Source: Acidobacteriota bacterium (GTDB lineage Bacteria > Acidobacteriota > Thermoanaerobaculia > Gp7-AA8). From it: a DNA stretch of 64,000 nt. A model generated the notes under the pieces. The model was not told where the DNA came from. It was given only the letters and a program-made list of their open reading frames with translations, and did no database searches. The stretch lies in assembly GCA_019244185.1 (NCBI GenBank), contig JAFATB010000002.1, positions 102,551-166,550 of the forward strand, written 5' to 3'. How positions within the stretch are numbered: position 1 is the stretch's first letter; each line of letters starts with the position of its first letter. Made by a program: the position numbers and the translations under genes. Positions 1-10,081 of this stretch are shown here, piece after piece.

Positions 1-2
1 CG

Positions 3-1511
3 CTCAACGAGATCACCTCGCTCTACGTCGACGCGAACGGCACCGGCTGGGCCGCGGGCGTGAGCAACGTGTTGCCGAGCAGCGCGCCCGCGAAAGGGCA
101 GTCGAAGCAGGGCTCGTCGTCGTCCGGGTCTTCGTCGCAGCAACAGTCGGGCACGACCGCCGAGACGAAGAAGGAAGAACAGCCGGCCGGCACCGCCGAA
201 GTCACCTTCACCTTCGACGACAGCGGCAACGCCAGTGCAGCGTCCACGGGCGGTGCGGCGGAGGTCTACCGCATCGATCCCGACGGCTTCGTCGACACCG
301 TACGCAAGTTCGAGCGCGAGATGGTCTACGCCGTCAGCGGCGGGAGCGACGGCAGCGTGCTCCTCGCCACGGGACCCAACGGCCGCGTGTACGCATTGAA
401 GGATGGCGAGCTTTCCCTCCTCGGCGCCGTTCCGGAAAAACAGATCGTCTCCATCGGCGGAACTCCGGCCGTGATCACCACCACGAATTCCGGAGCCGTC
501 TACCGGATGGAAGGCGGCAGCGCCGCGAATGCGGAGTTCCGTTCTGCCGCCAAAGACGTCGAGCACTTCTCGCGCTTCGGTAACTACCGCATCGAAGGCC
601 GCAACCTCGGCAACGGCGCCGTGGCCATCTCCTTCCGCAGCGGCAACACCCGCACGCCCGACGCCACGTGGAGCGCCTGGTCGCCCGCGCAGACGACGCT
701 CGACGGCAACGTCCCCGCACCCGCGGGCCGTTACGTGCAGTGGAAGCTCAACATGCCCAAGGCGTCGAATGACGCCGCCGTCGACAGCGTGAGTGTCGCC
801 TTCGTCAACCGCAACGTCGCGCCGTCGATCGACGCCATCTCCGTGCAGGATCCAGCGGTCGTCTTCATCAGCTCCGCGTATCCCTCCGCGCCGCAGGTCG
901 TCGAGGCGACGAACCCCGACGAGTACGGCATCTTCTCGAGCCTCGACAACCCGCGCGACCGCACCAGCGCCGACCCCGGCAAGCGCGTCTACCGCAAGGG
1001 CTTCCGCACCATCACCTGGCGCGGCTCCGACGACAACAACGACGCGCTCCGCTACTCGCTCGCGTTCCGCCGGAAGGGGAGCGACCGCTGGCTGCGCCTG
1101 CGCGACAACATGGAAGAGACGCAGCTGAACTTCGACACCTCGCAGCTGCCCGACGGCCGCTACGAGCTGCGCCTCACCGTCACCGACGCCACCGACAATC
1201 CCGATCAGCCGCTCACCGACACGAAGGAAGGCGTCGAGTTCGACGTCGACAACACCGCGCCGGTCGTCACCGCGAGCACGAGCGGCGACAAGGTCATCGT
1301 GCACGTCACCGACGCGCTCTCGCCGGTCGGCAAGGTCGAGTATTCGGCCGACGCGCAGAAGTGGATCCGCCTCACGCCCGACGACGGCATCGCCGACTCG
1401 CGCAACGAGACCTACACGCTGCGCCGCGCCGATCTCGAAGGAAAGTTCGTCGTCGTGCGCGCCACCGACGCCTTCTTCAACGTCGCCACGCAGTCGATTC
1501 CTCTCCAGTAA
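3..1511 (+). CDS. Conserved uncharacterised beta-propeller / Fn3-like protein, 5'-truncated by the window edge
   Basis: Frame is open from position 3 (LNEITSLYVDANGTGWAAG...). Propeller-like repeats (LATGPNGRVY, TTNSGAVYR) are followed by WSAWS, RYVQWK and FDTSQLPDGRYELR segments. Strong GC3 bias. Confidence 0.75.
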   Translation, partial: LNEITSLYVDANGTGWAAGVSNVLPSSAPAKGQSKQGSSSSGSSSQQQSGTTAETKKEEQPAGTAEVTFTFDDSGNASAASTGGAAEVYRIDPDGFVDTVRKFEREMVYAVSGGSDGSVLLATGPNGRVYALKDGELSLLGAVPEKQIVSIGGTPAVITTTNSGAVYRMEGGSAANAEFRSAAKDVEHFSRFGNYRIEGRNLGNGAVAISFRSGNTRTPDATWSAWSPAQTTLDGNVPAPAGRYVQWKLNMPKASNDAAVDSVSVAFVNRNVAPSIDAISVQDPAVVFISSAYPSAPQVVEATNPDEYGIFSSLDNPRDRTSADPGKRVYRKGFRTITWRGSDDNNDALRYSLAFRRKGSDRWLRLRDNMEETQLNFDTSQLPDGRYELRLTVTDATDNPDQPLTDTKEGVEFDVDNTAPVVTASTSGDKVIVHVTDALSPVGKVEYSADAQKWIRLTPDDGIADSRNETYTLRRADLEGKFVVVRATDAFFNVATQSIPLQ

Positions 1512-1560
1512 GTGTGGAGCGGCGCGTGCGCGCGCCGCTCCTGCTCGTATAATCGTGCGC

Positions 1561-3210
1561 GTGAGTCGTCGGATCCTCACGCTCCTTTTCACGATCGTGC
1601 TGTGTCTCGCCTGCAGGCGGACCGAGCAACGCGTGCAGACGCCGTTGCCGCCGGTCGACGACAACCAGCCCGTCGACGGCGGCACGCTGTACCGCCGCCT
1701 CGACGTCGACATCGCCAGCTTCAACCCGATCCTCGCCAGCAGCCGCTACGACCGCTACGTCCAGGACTATCTCTTCACCTCGCTCATCCGGCTCGATCAG
1801 CATCTGCAGCCCGCGCCGGGACTCGCGACGTCGTGGGAGATCTCCGACGATGGCCTGCTGTACACGTTTCACCTGAACAAGAAGGCGACGTTCTCCGACC
1901 ACACGCCCGTGCGCGCCAGCGACGTCGTCTTCACGCTCGCGAAGATCGTCGATCCGAAGTCGGAAGCCGCGCAGATCGCCGGCGAGTTCGATCAACTCGA
2001 CCTCTCGAAGACGCGCGCCGTCGACGACAACACCGTCGTCGTCGCGTTCCGCCAGCCGCTCGCCTCGCAGCTCGATCACTTCTTCGATCTGCTCGTCCTG
2101 CCCGAGCACGTCTACGGCAAGGGCGACTTCCGCAACGACTTCCTCGCGCGCGCGGTCGGCAGCGGCGCGTACGTCGTCGACCACCGCGTCCCCGGACGCG
2201 AGGTCGTGGTCACGCGCCGCGCGGACTACTGGGAAGATCCGCCGCACGTGCAGCGCGTCGTCTTCAAGATCATCAGCGATCACACCACGGCGTGGAACGC
2301 GCTGAAACGCGGTGAGCTCGACGAGACCATCGTCGCCTCCGACACGTGGCTCCGCGAGCACAACAACCCGCTGCTCACGAAGTCGATCGACTTCCAGCGC
2401 TTCTACACGCGCAACTACAACTACATCGCCTGGAACGGCCGCGATCCCGTCGTCAGGGACAAGCGCGTGCGCCGCGCCCTGGCGATGTGCATCCCCATCG
2501 ACACGGTCATCAACGACATCTACCACGGCACCGCGCGCGCGATGAACGGGCCGTTCACGCCGGACGAATGGGCGTACAACGCCGCCGTGCCGGTGATCCG
2601 CTACGATCCCGAAGGCGCGAAGAAACTGCTCGCCGATGCCGGCTGGAGCGACTCGAACGCGGACGGCGTCGTCGATCACAACGGCGCGCCGATGAAGCTG
2701 GAGATGATCATCTTCGCCGGCAGCGGCGCGACGTTCCAGTTCGCGCAGCTCGTGCAGTCCGAGTTCAAGAAGATCGGCGTGCCGCTCACGCTGACCGTGC
2801 TCGATGGCGCCGCCGGCATCCAGCGCATCCTCGGCGGCAACTACCAGGCCGCGTATCTCAGCTGGGACCTCGATCCCGATCCCGATCCGTTCACGCTCTT
2901 CCACTCCTCGCAGTTCCCGCCGCGCGGACAGAACTTCGTCTTCTACGCGAATCCCGAGGCCGATCGCTTGATCGAGGCGGGGCGGCGGGAGATCGATCAG
3001 TCGAAGCGGAAAGACATCTACTACCAGCTCCACGCGTTGCTCGCCGACGATCAGCCGTACACGTGGACGGTGCAGAGCTCCGCGAAGTGGGGCATCAACA
3101 AGCGCGTGCGCGGCGTCACGACGAGCCCCGGCTACGGCTTGTTCCTGTGGTATCCGGGGCCGTTCGGCTGGTGGGTCCATCCCGGCGCGCAACCCTCCGC
3201 GCGACGCTGA
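1561..3210 (+). CDS. Peptide/nickel ABC transporter substrate-binding lipoprotein (family 5)
   Basis: Lipobox LCLAC; PGLATSWEISDDGLLYTFHL and AVGSGAY motifs. GTG at 1561 chosen because TATAAT lies at 1548-1553 (ORF track start is 1555). Confidence 0.9.
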   Translation: MSRRILTLLFTIVLCLACRRTEQRVQTPLPPVDDNQPVDGGTLYRRLDVDIASFNPILASSRYDRYVQDYLFTSLIRLDQHLQPAPGLATSWEISDDGLLYTFHLNKKATFSDHTPVRASDVVFTLAKIVDPKSEAAQIAGEFDQLDLSKTRAVDDNTVVVAFRQPLASQLDHFFDLLVLPEHVYGKGDFRNDFLARAVGSGAYVVDHRVPGREVVVTRRADYWEDPPHVQRVVFKIISDHTTAWNALKRGELDETIVASDTWLREHNNPLLTKSIDFQRFYTRNYNYIAWNGRDPVVRDKRVRRALAMCIPIDTVINDIYHGTARAMNGPFTPDEWAYNAAVPVIRYDPEGAKKLLADAGWSDSNADGVVDHNGAPMKLEMIIFAGSGATFQFAQLVQSEFKKIGVPLTLTVLDGAAGIQRILGGNYQAAYLSWDLDPDPDPFTLFHSSQFPPRGQNFVFYANPEADRLIEAGRREIDQSKRKDIYYQLHALLADDQPYTWTVQSSAKWGINKRVRGVTTSPGYGLFLWYPGPFGWWVHPGAQPSARR

Positions 3211-3219
3211 GCGCCCGCC

Positions 3220-4212
3220 ATGCGCGCGTACCTCGTCCGCCGCCTCCTGTACGCGCTGCTCACCTTCGTCGGCATCACCATCGCGACCTTCACGCTGATC
3301 CACAGCGTGCCCGGCGATCCGGTCACGTTCTACGTCGGACGCGTGAACGTCGGTTCGCTCTCCGCGCAGACGCTCGCCGCGATCCGCCACGAGTTCCATC
3401 TCGACGAGCCGCTGCCGCGGCAGTATCTGCGGTGGCTGCGCGGCGCGGTCACGCTCGACTTCGGACGCTCGATCCAGGACCGCCGCCCCGTGCGCGAGCG
3501 CATCCTCGAGAAGTTGCCGAACACCTTCGAGCTCAACTTCCTCGCGTTCCTGCTCGCCGCGGGACTCGGCATTCCGATCGGTTTGTGGAGCGCCGCGCAC
3601 TCGGGCCGGCTCGCCGAGCGCGCATCGGCGGTCGGTTTCTTCCTCATCTACTCGCTGCCGAGCTTCTGGGTCGCGCTGCTGCTCATCGAATGCTTCGCCG
3701 TCCGCTACGAGATCCTGCCGCTCCTCGGCCGCGTCTCCGACGACTACTTCGAGCTGAGCGCGTCCGCGCAGCTCGCCGATCGCATGCGCCATCTCGTGCT
3801 GCCGGTGCTGACGCTCGCGTACGCGCAGCTCGCGATCTTCGCGCGCTTCTCGAAGTCGGCGCTCACGGAAGTCATCCGCCAGGACTTCATCACCGCCGCG
3901 CGCGCGAAAGGCGCCGGCACCGCGGCCGTGCTGTGGCACCACGCGCTGCGCAACGCGCTCATCCCGCTCATCACGCTTCTCGGCATCACCATTCCGTATC
4001 TGCTCTCCGGCAGCGTCATCGTCGAGCAGATCTTTCAGTGGGACGGCATCGGGCTGCTCTACTACGACTCGATCCTCATGCGCGACTATCCGACGGTCAT
4101 GGGGCTCACCGTGATGACGGCGATCGTCACGCTCTTCGCGAGCCTCTTCGCCGATGTGCTCTACGCATTCGCCGATCCGCGCGTGCGGCTGGGGGAGGAG
4201 GCGATGCCGTGA
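3220..4212 (+). CDS. Peptide ABC transporter permease (OppB/DppB-like)
   Basis: TLDFGRS, EAA loop TAARAKG, HALRNALIP, VEQIF, RDYP. Confidence 0.92.
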   Translation: MRAYLVRRLLYALLTFVGITIATFTLIHSVPGDPVTFYVGRVNVGSLSAQTLAAIRHEFHLDEPLPRQYLRWLRGAVTLDFGRSIQDRRPVRERILEKLPNTFELNFLAFLLAAGLGIPIGLWSAAHSGRLAERASAVGFFLIYSLPSFWVALLLIECFAVRYEILPLLGRVSDDYFELSASAQLADRMRHLVLPVLTLAYAQLAIFARFSKSALTEVIRQDFITAARAKGAGTAAVLWHHALRNALIPLITLLGITIPYLLSGSVIVEQIFQWDGIGLLYYDSILMRDYPTVMGLTVMTAIVTLFASLFADVLYAFADPRVRLGEEAMP

Positions 4213-5159
4213 TGTGGCGCCGCTTCCGCCGCAGCCGGCTCGCGCTGACGGCGCTCGCGTACATCGCGTTCATGACCTTCGTCGCCGCGCTCGCGCCGCT
4301 GCTCGCGAACCGCAAGCCGCTCCTCGCGCACGGCCCGTCCGGCTGGAGCTTCCCCGCGTTCGCGGATTACGTCACCGCCGATCCCGACATCGACCTGCCG
4401 CCGCGCGTGGAGACGTTCGCGCTGCGCGCGCCGATCCCGTATTCGCCGAACTCGGTCGATCTGCCGTCGCGACTCGACGCGCCCGACCGCGCCCACTTCT
4501 TCGGCACCGACGACCTCGGGCGCGACATCCTCGCGCGCATGATTCACGGCGCGCGCGTGTCGCTCACCGTCGGCTTCTTCGCCACGCTCATCGCGGTGAT
4601 CGTCGGCTCGTTGCTCGGCGCGGTGGCGGGCTACTACGGCGGCTTCGCCGACTGGCTGGTCTCGCGCACGATCGAGCTCGTGCTCTGCTTCCCGTTCCTC
4701 TTTCTCGTCCTCGGCATCGTCGCGCTCTTCAAGCCGTCGCTCTACACGATCATGATCGCGCTCGGGCTGACGTCGTGGACGCACGAGGCGCGCTACGTGC
4801 GCGGTGAGTTCCTGCGCATCCGCGACATCGACTTCGCGCAGGCCGCGCGCGCGAGCGGCGCACGCGACGCGCGCATCATCTTCCGTCATCTCCTGCCCAA
4901 CGCGCTCGCGCCGGTGCTCGTCTCCGCAAGCTTCGGCGTCGCCGCCGCGATCCTCACCGAATCCGCGCTCTCGTTTCTCGGACTCGGCGTGCCGCTGCCG
5001 ACCGCGTCGTGGGGGAGCATCCTCTCCGCCGCGCACGAGCACATCGACGACGCGTGGTGGCTCGTGCTCTTCCCGGGACTGGCGATCTTCACGACGGTCG
5101 CGTCGTTCAATCTGGTGGGGGAGCGGTTTCGCGACGCGCTGGATCCGCGCAGCGAGTGA
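4212..5159 (+). CDS. Peptide ABC transporter permease (OppC/DppC-like)
   Basis: Real 3' part of ORF 2346..5159. ATG overlaps the upstream TGA (TGATG). HFFGTDDLGRD, AARASGA, RHLLPNA, ESALSFLGLG, DALDPR. Confidence 0.92.
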   Translation: MWRRFRRSRLALTALAYIAFMTFVAALAPLLANRKPLLAHGPSGWSFPAFADYVTADPDIDLPPRVETFALRAPIPYSPNSVDLPSRLDAPDRAHFFGTDDLGRDILARMIHGARVSLTVGFFATLIAVIVGSLLGAVAGYYGGFADWLVSRTIELVLCFPFLFLVLGIVALFKPSLYTIMIALGLTSWTHEARYVRGEFLRIRDIDFAQAARASGARDARIIFRHLLPNALAPVLVSASFGVAAAILTESALSFLGLGVPLPTASWGSILSAAHEHIDDAWWLVLFPGLAIFTTVASFNLVGERFRDALDPRSE

Positions 5160-5177
5160 GCCCGCGCAGCGATCGAA

Positions 5178-5702
<525 letters not shown>

Positions 5703-5806
5703 TCAACGTCTTGACGATCGCGCGCGCCGAACCTATCATGCAGACAATTCGAGTTGCGCCAGTTGATACGGCAGCCAGTGGTGAACGGGGTTAACGGGAG
5801 GGTGTG

Positions 5807-6256
5807 ATGCGGCAGCGAATACCGGTGAAACGCTCGAATGCGGCGCCCGAGCCCGCGCGGACGCAAACGCGAACGCAGAACCCGGCGAACAACATCCAGG
5901 CCGCGACCACCAACATGAAGGGGCGCCTCCTCTCCACGCTGCGCACCGTCCTTCCCGGGGCGTGGATCGTTCCGCGCGACAACGAGCTGATCACGCTCTA
6001 CCGCCTGCGCTACAAGATGGCGATGGAAGACGAGAAGTACGACATCGCCATGATCTTCCTCAACAAGATCCTCGAGCTCGATCCGATGAACCTCGAGGCC
6101 AAGCTGTGCAAGGGCGACATCTACCACCGCTGCCTGCACGACTACCCGAAGGCGATCGAGCACTACAACAAAGTCATCCGCCTCTCGACGCAGGACGACA
6201 CGGTGCACACCCGCGCCCGCGCCGCGATGTCGGAGATCATGGAGATGCTTTCGTGA
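5807..6256 (+). CDS. Small tetratricopeptide-repeat protein
   Basis: TPR-like helices (YDIAMIFLNKILELDPMNLEAKLCKGDIY, YPKAIEHYNKVI). SD-like GGGAGG upstream. Confidence 0.7.
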   Translation: MRQRIPVKRSNAAPEPARTQTRTQNPANNIQAATTNMKGRLLSTLRTVLPGAWIVPRDNELITLYRLRYKMAMEDEKYDIAMIFLNKILELDPMNLEAKLCKGDIYHRCLHDYPKAIEHYNKVIRLSTQDDTVHTRARAAMSEIMEMLS

Positions 6257-6309
6257 ACGATGAACGATGAACCGGGCGCCGCGAGCCGGCGTTCATCGTT
6301 CATCGTTCA
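6254..6309. repeat. Heptamer-repeat inverted repeat (TGAACGA)n...(TCGTTCA)n between convergent genes; possible bidirectional terminator
   Basis: Perfect 19-bp arms at 6254-6272 and 6291-6309. Each outer end is the TGA stop of one of the two genes. Confidence 0.85.
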
Positions 6310-6573
6310 GCTCTCATCGTTCCCTTCGCTCTCCAGCACGTTGTACGCGCGCACCAGCTCGACGCGAAACCGCAATTGCTCGTCGTACTCCTCATCCGAC
6401 CGCGCGAGCCGCAACTGCACGGCGAGCTTCGCCGCCGCGCGCCGCGCATCGCCGTGCGTGGGAAACGTCATCACCGCGGCGCGGTCGGGCTTCGTCAGAA
6501 ATCGCGCGATGACCTTGCGCCCTTCGACGCGCACGAGCCGCCGCAGGAACAGCGAGCTGCGGCGCTGACTCAC
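6307..6573 (-). CDS. Small hypothetical protein
   Basis: Start overlaps the upstream stop (GTGA); plausible codon usage; no family recognised. Confidence 0.55.
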   Translation of the reverse strand: MSQRRSSLFLRRLVRVEGRKVIARFLTKPDRAAVMTFPTHGDARRAAAKLAVQLRLARSDEEYDEQLRFRVELVRAYNVLESEGNDES

Positions 6574-7577
6574 CGGTCGCGCTCGAGCACGAAGTCGAGG
6601 GCCAGCTCCAGCGTCTCTTTGGCGGCCGACGCGCCGAACGGCTCGAGTGCGATGCGCGCGCGATGCGCGTAGTCGCGCGCGATCTCCCGCGTCTGCTCGA
6701 TCGTGTCGTAGCGCTCGGCGATCGCCAGCACCTCGGCGGGATCGAGTCCGTCGAACGACTTCCGCGCCGCGACGCGCGCGATGAGCTCGCGCTCGCGCGC
6801 GCTCGCATGCGGCGCCGCCAGGATCAGCGGCAGCGTGACTTTCCCTTCCTTGAGATCCGACAGCGCCGGCTTGCCGAGGACTTCCGTGCTCGACGTGAAG
6901 TCGAGGAGATCATCGATCAGCTGGAAGGTGATGCCGAGGTTGTAGCCGTAGTTGAAGAGCGCGGCCGCCTGCGACTCCGGCAGTTCGACGAGATACGCGG
7001 GGATCCGGCACGTCGCGCCGAAGAGCGCCGCGGTCTTGCGCGAGACGATCGAGAAGTAATCTTCAATCGAGAGATCGGTGCGACCGTTCTGTTCCGTGCC
7101 GAGGATCTCGCCTTCGATCATCTTGATCGTGGCGTCGGAGAGCAGGCGGAGGATGTCGAGATTCCCCTCGCCGAGCGCCATGTGCATCGAGTGCATGAAG
7201 ATGTAGTCGCCGACGAGCACGGTGAGGTTGTTGCCCCAGCCGTAGTTGACGGACGTTCTGCCGCGGCGCACGTCCGCTTCATCGATGATGTCGTCGTGGA
7301 TCAGCGTGGCGGTGTGGATGAACTCCACGACCGCGCCGTACACGATGTCGCGGCGCCCCTCGTAGCGGAGCATCTTCGAGACGAGCAGCAGCAGGGCAGG
7401 GCGGAGGCGCTTGCCGCCGCCGCCGAGAATGTGCTCGCCGACGTCGCGGATGGTCGCGATTTTCGAGAAGAAATTACGGCGCAGCTCTTCCTCGACCAGC
7501 TCGAGCTTCGGCGCGATGAGATCGAGAATCCGATCCGCATAAGCCGTCTGCCCGTTCAGCGTGCGAGGACCTGTCAC
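6570..7577 (-). CDS. Polyprenyl (octa/heptaprenyl) diphosphate synthase, IspB-like
   Basis: GGKRLRP, LIHDDIIDEADVRRG (FARM), FQLIDDLLD (SARM), DLKEGKVTLP. Confidence 0.93.
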   Translation of the reverse strand: MTGPRTLNGQTAYADRILDLIAPKLELVEEELRRNFFSKIATIRDVGEHILGGGGKRLRPALLLLVSKMLRYEGRRDIVYGAVVEFIHTATLIHDDIIDEADVRRGRTSVNYGWGNNLTVLVGDYIFMHSMHMALGEGNLDILRLLSDATIKMIEGEILGTEQNGRTDLSIEDYFSIVSRKTAALFGATCRIPAYLVELPESQAAALFNYGYNLGITFQLIDDLLDFTSSTEVLGKPALSDLKEGKVTLPLILAAPHASARERELIARVAARKSFDGLDPAEVLAIAERYDTIEQTREIARDYAHRARIALEPFGASAAKETLELALDFVLERDR

Positions 7578-7610
7578 GGGACGAAGGATAGTCGATCGGA
7601 CAGCATGCGC

Positions 7611-8105
7611 TCAACCGCGGTAGTTCGTGAACTGGAGCGGGATTCCGTAATCGTTTTCCCGCACCAGCGCGATGGCCTTCTGCAGGTCGTCCTTGCTCCG
7701 TCCGACCACGCGCACCTGGTCGGACTGAATCGACGCCTGCACCTTCACCTTCGCGTCCTTGAGCGTCTTCACGATCGCTTTCGCCTTCTCGCTCTCGATG
7801 CCCTGCACGATCTTCGCGCGCTGGCGCACGGTGCCCATCGCCGCCGCCTCGATCTTGCCGTAGTCGAGCGACTTGAGCGCGACCTTCCGCTTCACGAGCT
7901 TGCTCTCGAGGATGTCGATGACGCTGCGCAGCTTCCCCTCGTCGTCGCTGGCGACGACCAGCTCTTCGCCGGTGAGCTCGATCGAGCTCTTGCTGCCTTT
8001 GAAGTCGAAGCGCTGCGCGAGCTCCTTCTGCGCCTGCTGCACCGCGTTCGCGACTTCCTGCATGTCCGTTTTCGAGACGACGTCGAACGAAAACTCCTGC
8101 GCCAT
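7611..8105 (-). CDS. yajQ: YajQ family nucleotide/c-di-GMP-binding protein
   Basis: SFDVVSK, QRFDFKG, KVQASIQSDQVRV, KDDLQ, LQFTNYR. Confidence 0.95.
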   Translation of the reverse strand: MAQEFSFDVVSKTDMQEVANAVQQAQKELAQRFDFKGSKSSIELTGEELVVASDDEGKLRSVIDILESKLVKRKVALKSLDYGKIEAAAMGTVRQRAKIVQGIESEKAKAIVKTLKDAKVKVQASIQSDQVRVVGRSKDDLQKAIALVRENDYGIPLQFTNYRG

Positions 8106-8114
8106 GACCTTCCT

Positions 8115-8726
8115 CTAATCCGCGCGAATGACCTGCACGCCGGCAGGAGGATCGAAGCGAAACAGCTCGGCCGGCGCGGCGCGGCGATGATATCCCGAGA
8201 AGTCGAACGACGTCTGGTTGCCCTCGCGGTCGGTGTACTCGATGCGCGAGATGAGATGCGTCGACGGCGCGATCGTCACCGTCACGCTGCGCACGAGCGC
8301 GTTCGCATCGCGCGGCTGCAGCGTCGTCACGACGGAACCTCCGCGCGACTGCTCGCGCACGGCGAACGCGCGGTCGCGCGCGGCCGCATCGCCGAGCACG
8401 AGGAACGGCAGCTCGCGCCGCCGCGCTTCCGTCAGGCGTCCGACGGTGACCTGCTTGTCGGCCGGCACGTAGAACCACGAGCTCGTGCCGTCGAAGACGA
8501 ACAGCTTCTCCTCCGGACGTGCGTACGACCAGCGCATCATCGGCAGCGCGCCGAAGACGACCGAGCCGCTTTCGACCTGCGCGGTCTTGAAGCCTTTGGC
8601 GGTGAAGCGATGCGTGAAGCCCGCCTCCATGCCCGACATCGCCGTGGCGGCGCGGTCGAGCTCGAGCGGAGCAGCGGTGAGCGTCGTTGCGAAGACAGCT
8701 GCAGCGACGAAGGAAAGGATTCGCAA
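8115..8726 (-). CDS. lolA: Outer-membrane lipoprotein carrier protein
   Basis: Signal peptide; MRWSYARPEEKLFVFDG, WFYVP..KQV, DREGN, C-terminal FRFDPPAGVQVI. Confidence 0.85.
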   Translation of the reverse strand: MRILSFVAAAVFATTLTAAPLELDRAATAMSGMEAGFTHRFTAKGFKTAQVESGSVVFGALPMMRWSYARPEEKLFVFDGTSSWFYVPADKQVTVGRLTEARRRELPFLVLGDAAARDRAFAVREQSRGGSVVTTLQPRDANALVRSVTVTIAPSTHLISRIEYTDREGNQTSFDFSGYHRRAAPAELFRFDPPAGVQVIRAD

Positions 8727-8744
8727 GCGTGACCTCCTGTGGTC

Positions 8745-9101
8745 TTACATCTTCTCGACTTCGATCGAGACGATGGCGGAGTTCACAACGAAGATCCGGT
8801 CGTTTTTGCTCCGGTCCTCGGGATAGAGGAAAAAGCCGTTGCGTTCCGGGTTGTACTGCGCGGTGCCCCGGATGATCTCGCCATCGTTGAACTCGATGGC
8901 AATCTGCATGCCGCTGGCGGCCTCGGCTTCCCCGTCGCCGGCGCGCGGAAAGAACACCGCCTTCAGCTGCGTGAACGGCACCTCGGCCGTTCCGCCGTCG
9001 TCGTAGTGCGCGAGCAGCACTTCGGTCGACGGATCGATCGGCGCCAGCGTCGCGCGTTCCGTGCGGCCGTCGCGGTAGCGAAGAACGACTTTGTCATCCA
9101 T
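8745..9101 (-). CDS. Conserved hypothetical protein with a duplicated beta-rich unit (DUF6982-like)
   Basis: KVVLRYRDG, LKAVFF, IEFNDGEIIRG, GFFLYPED, RIFV pattern. Family name is from memory. Confidence 0.6.
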   Translation of the reverse strand: MDDKVVLRYRDGRTERATLAPIDPSTEVLLAHYDDGGTAEVPFTQLKAVFFPRAGDGEAEAASGMQIAIEFNDGEIIRGTAQYNPERNGFFLYPEDRSKNDRIFVVNSAIVSIEVEKM

Positions 9102-9103
9102 TT

Positions 9104-10081
9104 TCAGAAGAGCTCGAGACCCCACAAGTCGTGGATGTGAATGATACCTTCGACGCGCCGCGCCTCATCCACGATGAAGAGCGAGGTGATCTTCCGCTGT
9201 TCCATCACCTGAAGCGCGGCCGATGCCAGCTCGCCCGCCGCGATCGTCAGCGGATCGTGCTTGAGCGAGTCGCCCGCCGTGCGGCGCAGCACCTCTTCGT
9301 CCTCCTGCAACAATCGCCGCAGGTCGCCGTCGGAGATCACGCCTTCGAGCGCGCCGTGCTCATCGACCACCGCGGTGATGCCGAAGCCCTTCTTCGACAT
9401 CTCGTAGATGACGTCATGCATGCTCGCGTTCGCGCGCACGACCGGCACGTCGTCGCCGCGATGCATGAGGTCCTGCACGCGCAGGAAGCGCTTTCCGAGC
9501 TTGCCGCCCGGATGCAGGAACGCGAAGTCTTCTTCGCGGAAGCCGCGCCGCAGCAGCAGCGCCATCGCCAGCGCGTCCCCGAGGGCGAGCGTCGCCGTCG
9601 TCGACGCGGTCGGCGCGAGCCCGAGCGGACACGCTTCCTGTGAGATCGCGGCGGACAGATGATGATCGGCGCCGCGCGCGAGCGTCGACTGCGGATTGCC
9701 GGTGATCGCGATCATCGGCGCGCCGACGCGCTTGATGCTCGGCAGCACGCGAATGAGCTCCTCGGTTTCGCCGGAGTTCGAGATCGCGAGCACGACGTCG
9801 CCGCGCACGAGCATGCCGAGGTCGCCGTGAATGGCTTCCGTTGGATGCATGAAGAACGACGGCGTGCCGGTGGACGCGAGCGTCGCGCTGACCTTCTTGC
9901 AGATGATGCCCGACTTGCCGACGCCCATCGTCACGACGCGGCCCGTGCACGTGGCGACGCGCTCGACCGCGTCGATGAACGCCTGGTCGAGATGCTCGAT
10001 GATGCCGAGGATCGCCGCGGCTTCGACTTCGAGCACGCGCCGCGCTTCGACGATCGCGGGATGCGACGCAAGCTCCGTCAC
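9104..10081 (-). CDS. kdsD: KpsF/GutQ family arabinose-5-phosphate isomerase (SIS + 2 CBS domains)
   Basis: GVGKSG, ASTGTPSFFMHPTEAIHGDLG, EACPLGLAPTASTT, HPGGKLG, IHIHDL. GTG overlaps the panE stop. Confidence 0.94.
   Translation of the reverse strand: MTELASHPAIVEARRVLEVEAAAILGIIEHLDQAFIDAVERVATCTGRVVTMGVGKSGIICKKVSATLASTGTPSFFMHPTEAIHGDLGMLVRGDVVLAISNSGETEELIRVLPSIKRVGAPMIAITGNPQSTLARGADHHLSAAISQEACPLGLAPTASTTATLALGDALAMALLLRRGFREEDFAFLHPGGKLGKRFLRVQDLMHRGDDVPVVRANASMHDVIYEMSKKGFGITAVVDEHGALEGVISDGDLRRLLQEDEEVLRRTAGDSLKHDPLTIAAGELASAALQVMEQRKITSLFIVDEARRVEGIIHIHDLWGLELF

Noticed and set aside
1477-3942. Long antisense or alternative-frame ORFs (also 6663-8732, 32700-34871, 54312-56504, 57451-60078 and many others)
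   Set aside because: Typical high-GC shadows of well-supported genes, with no motifs.
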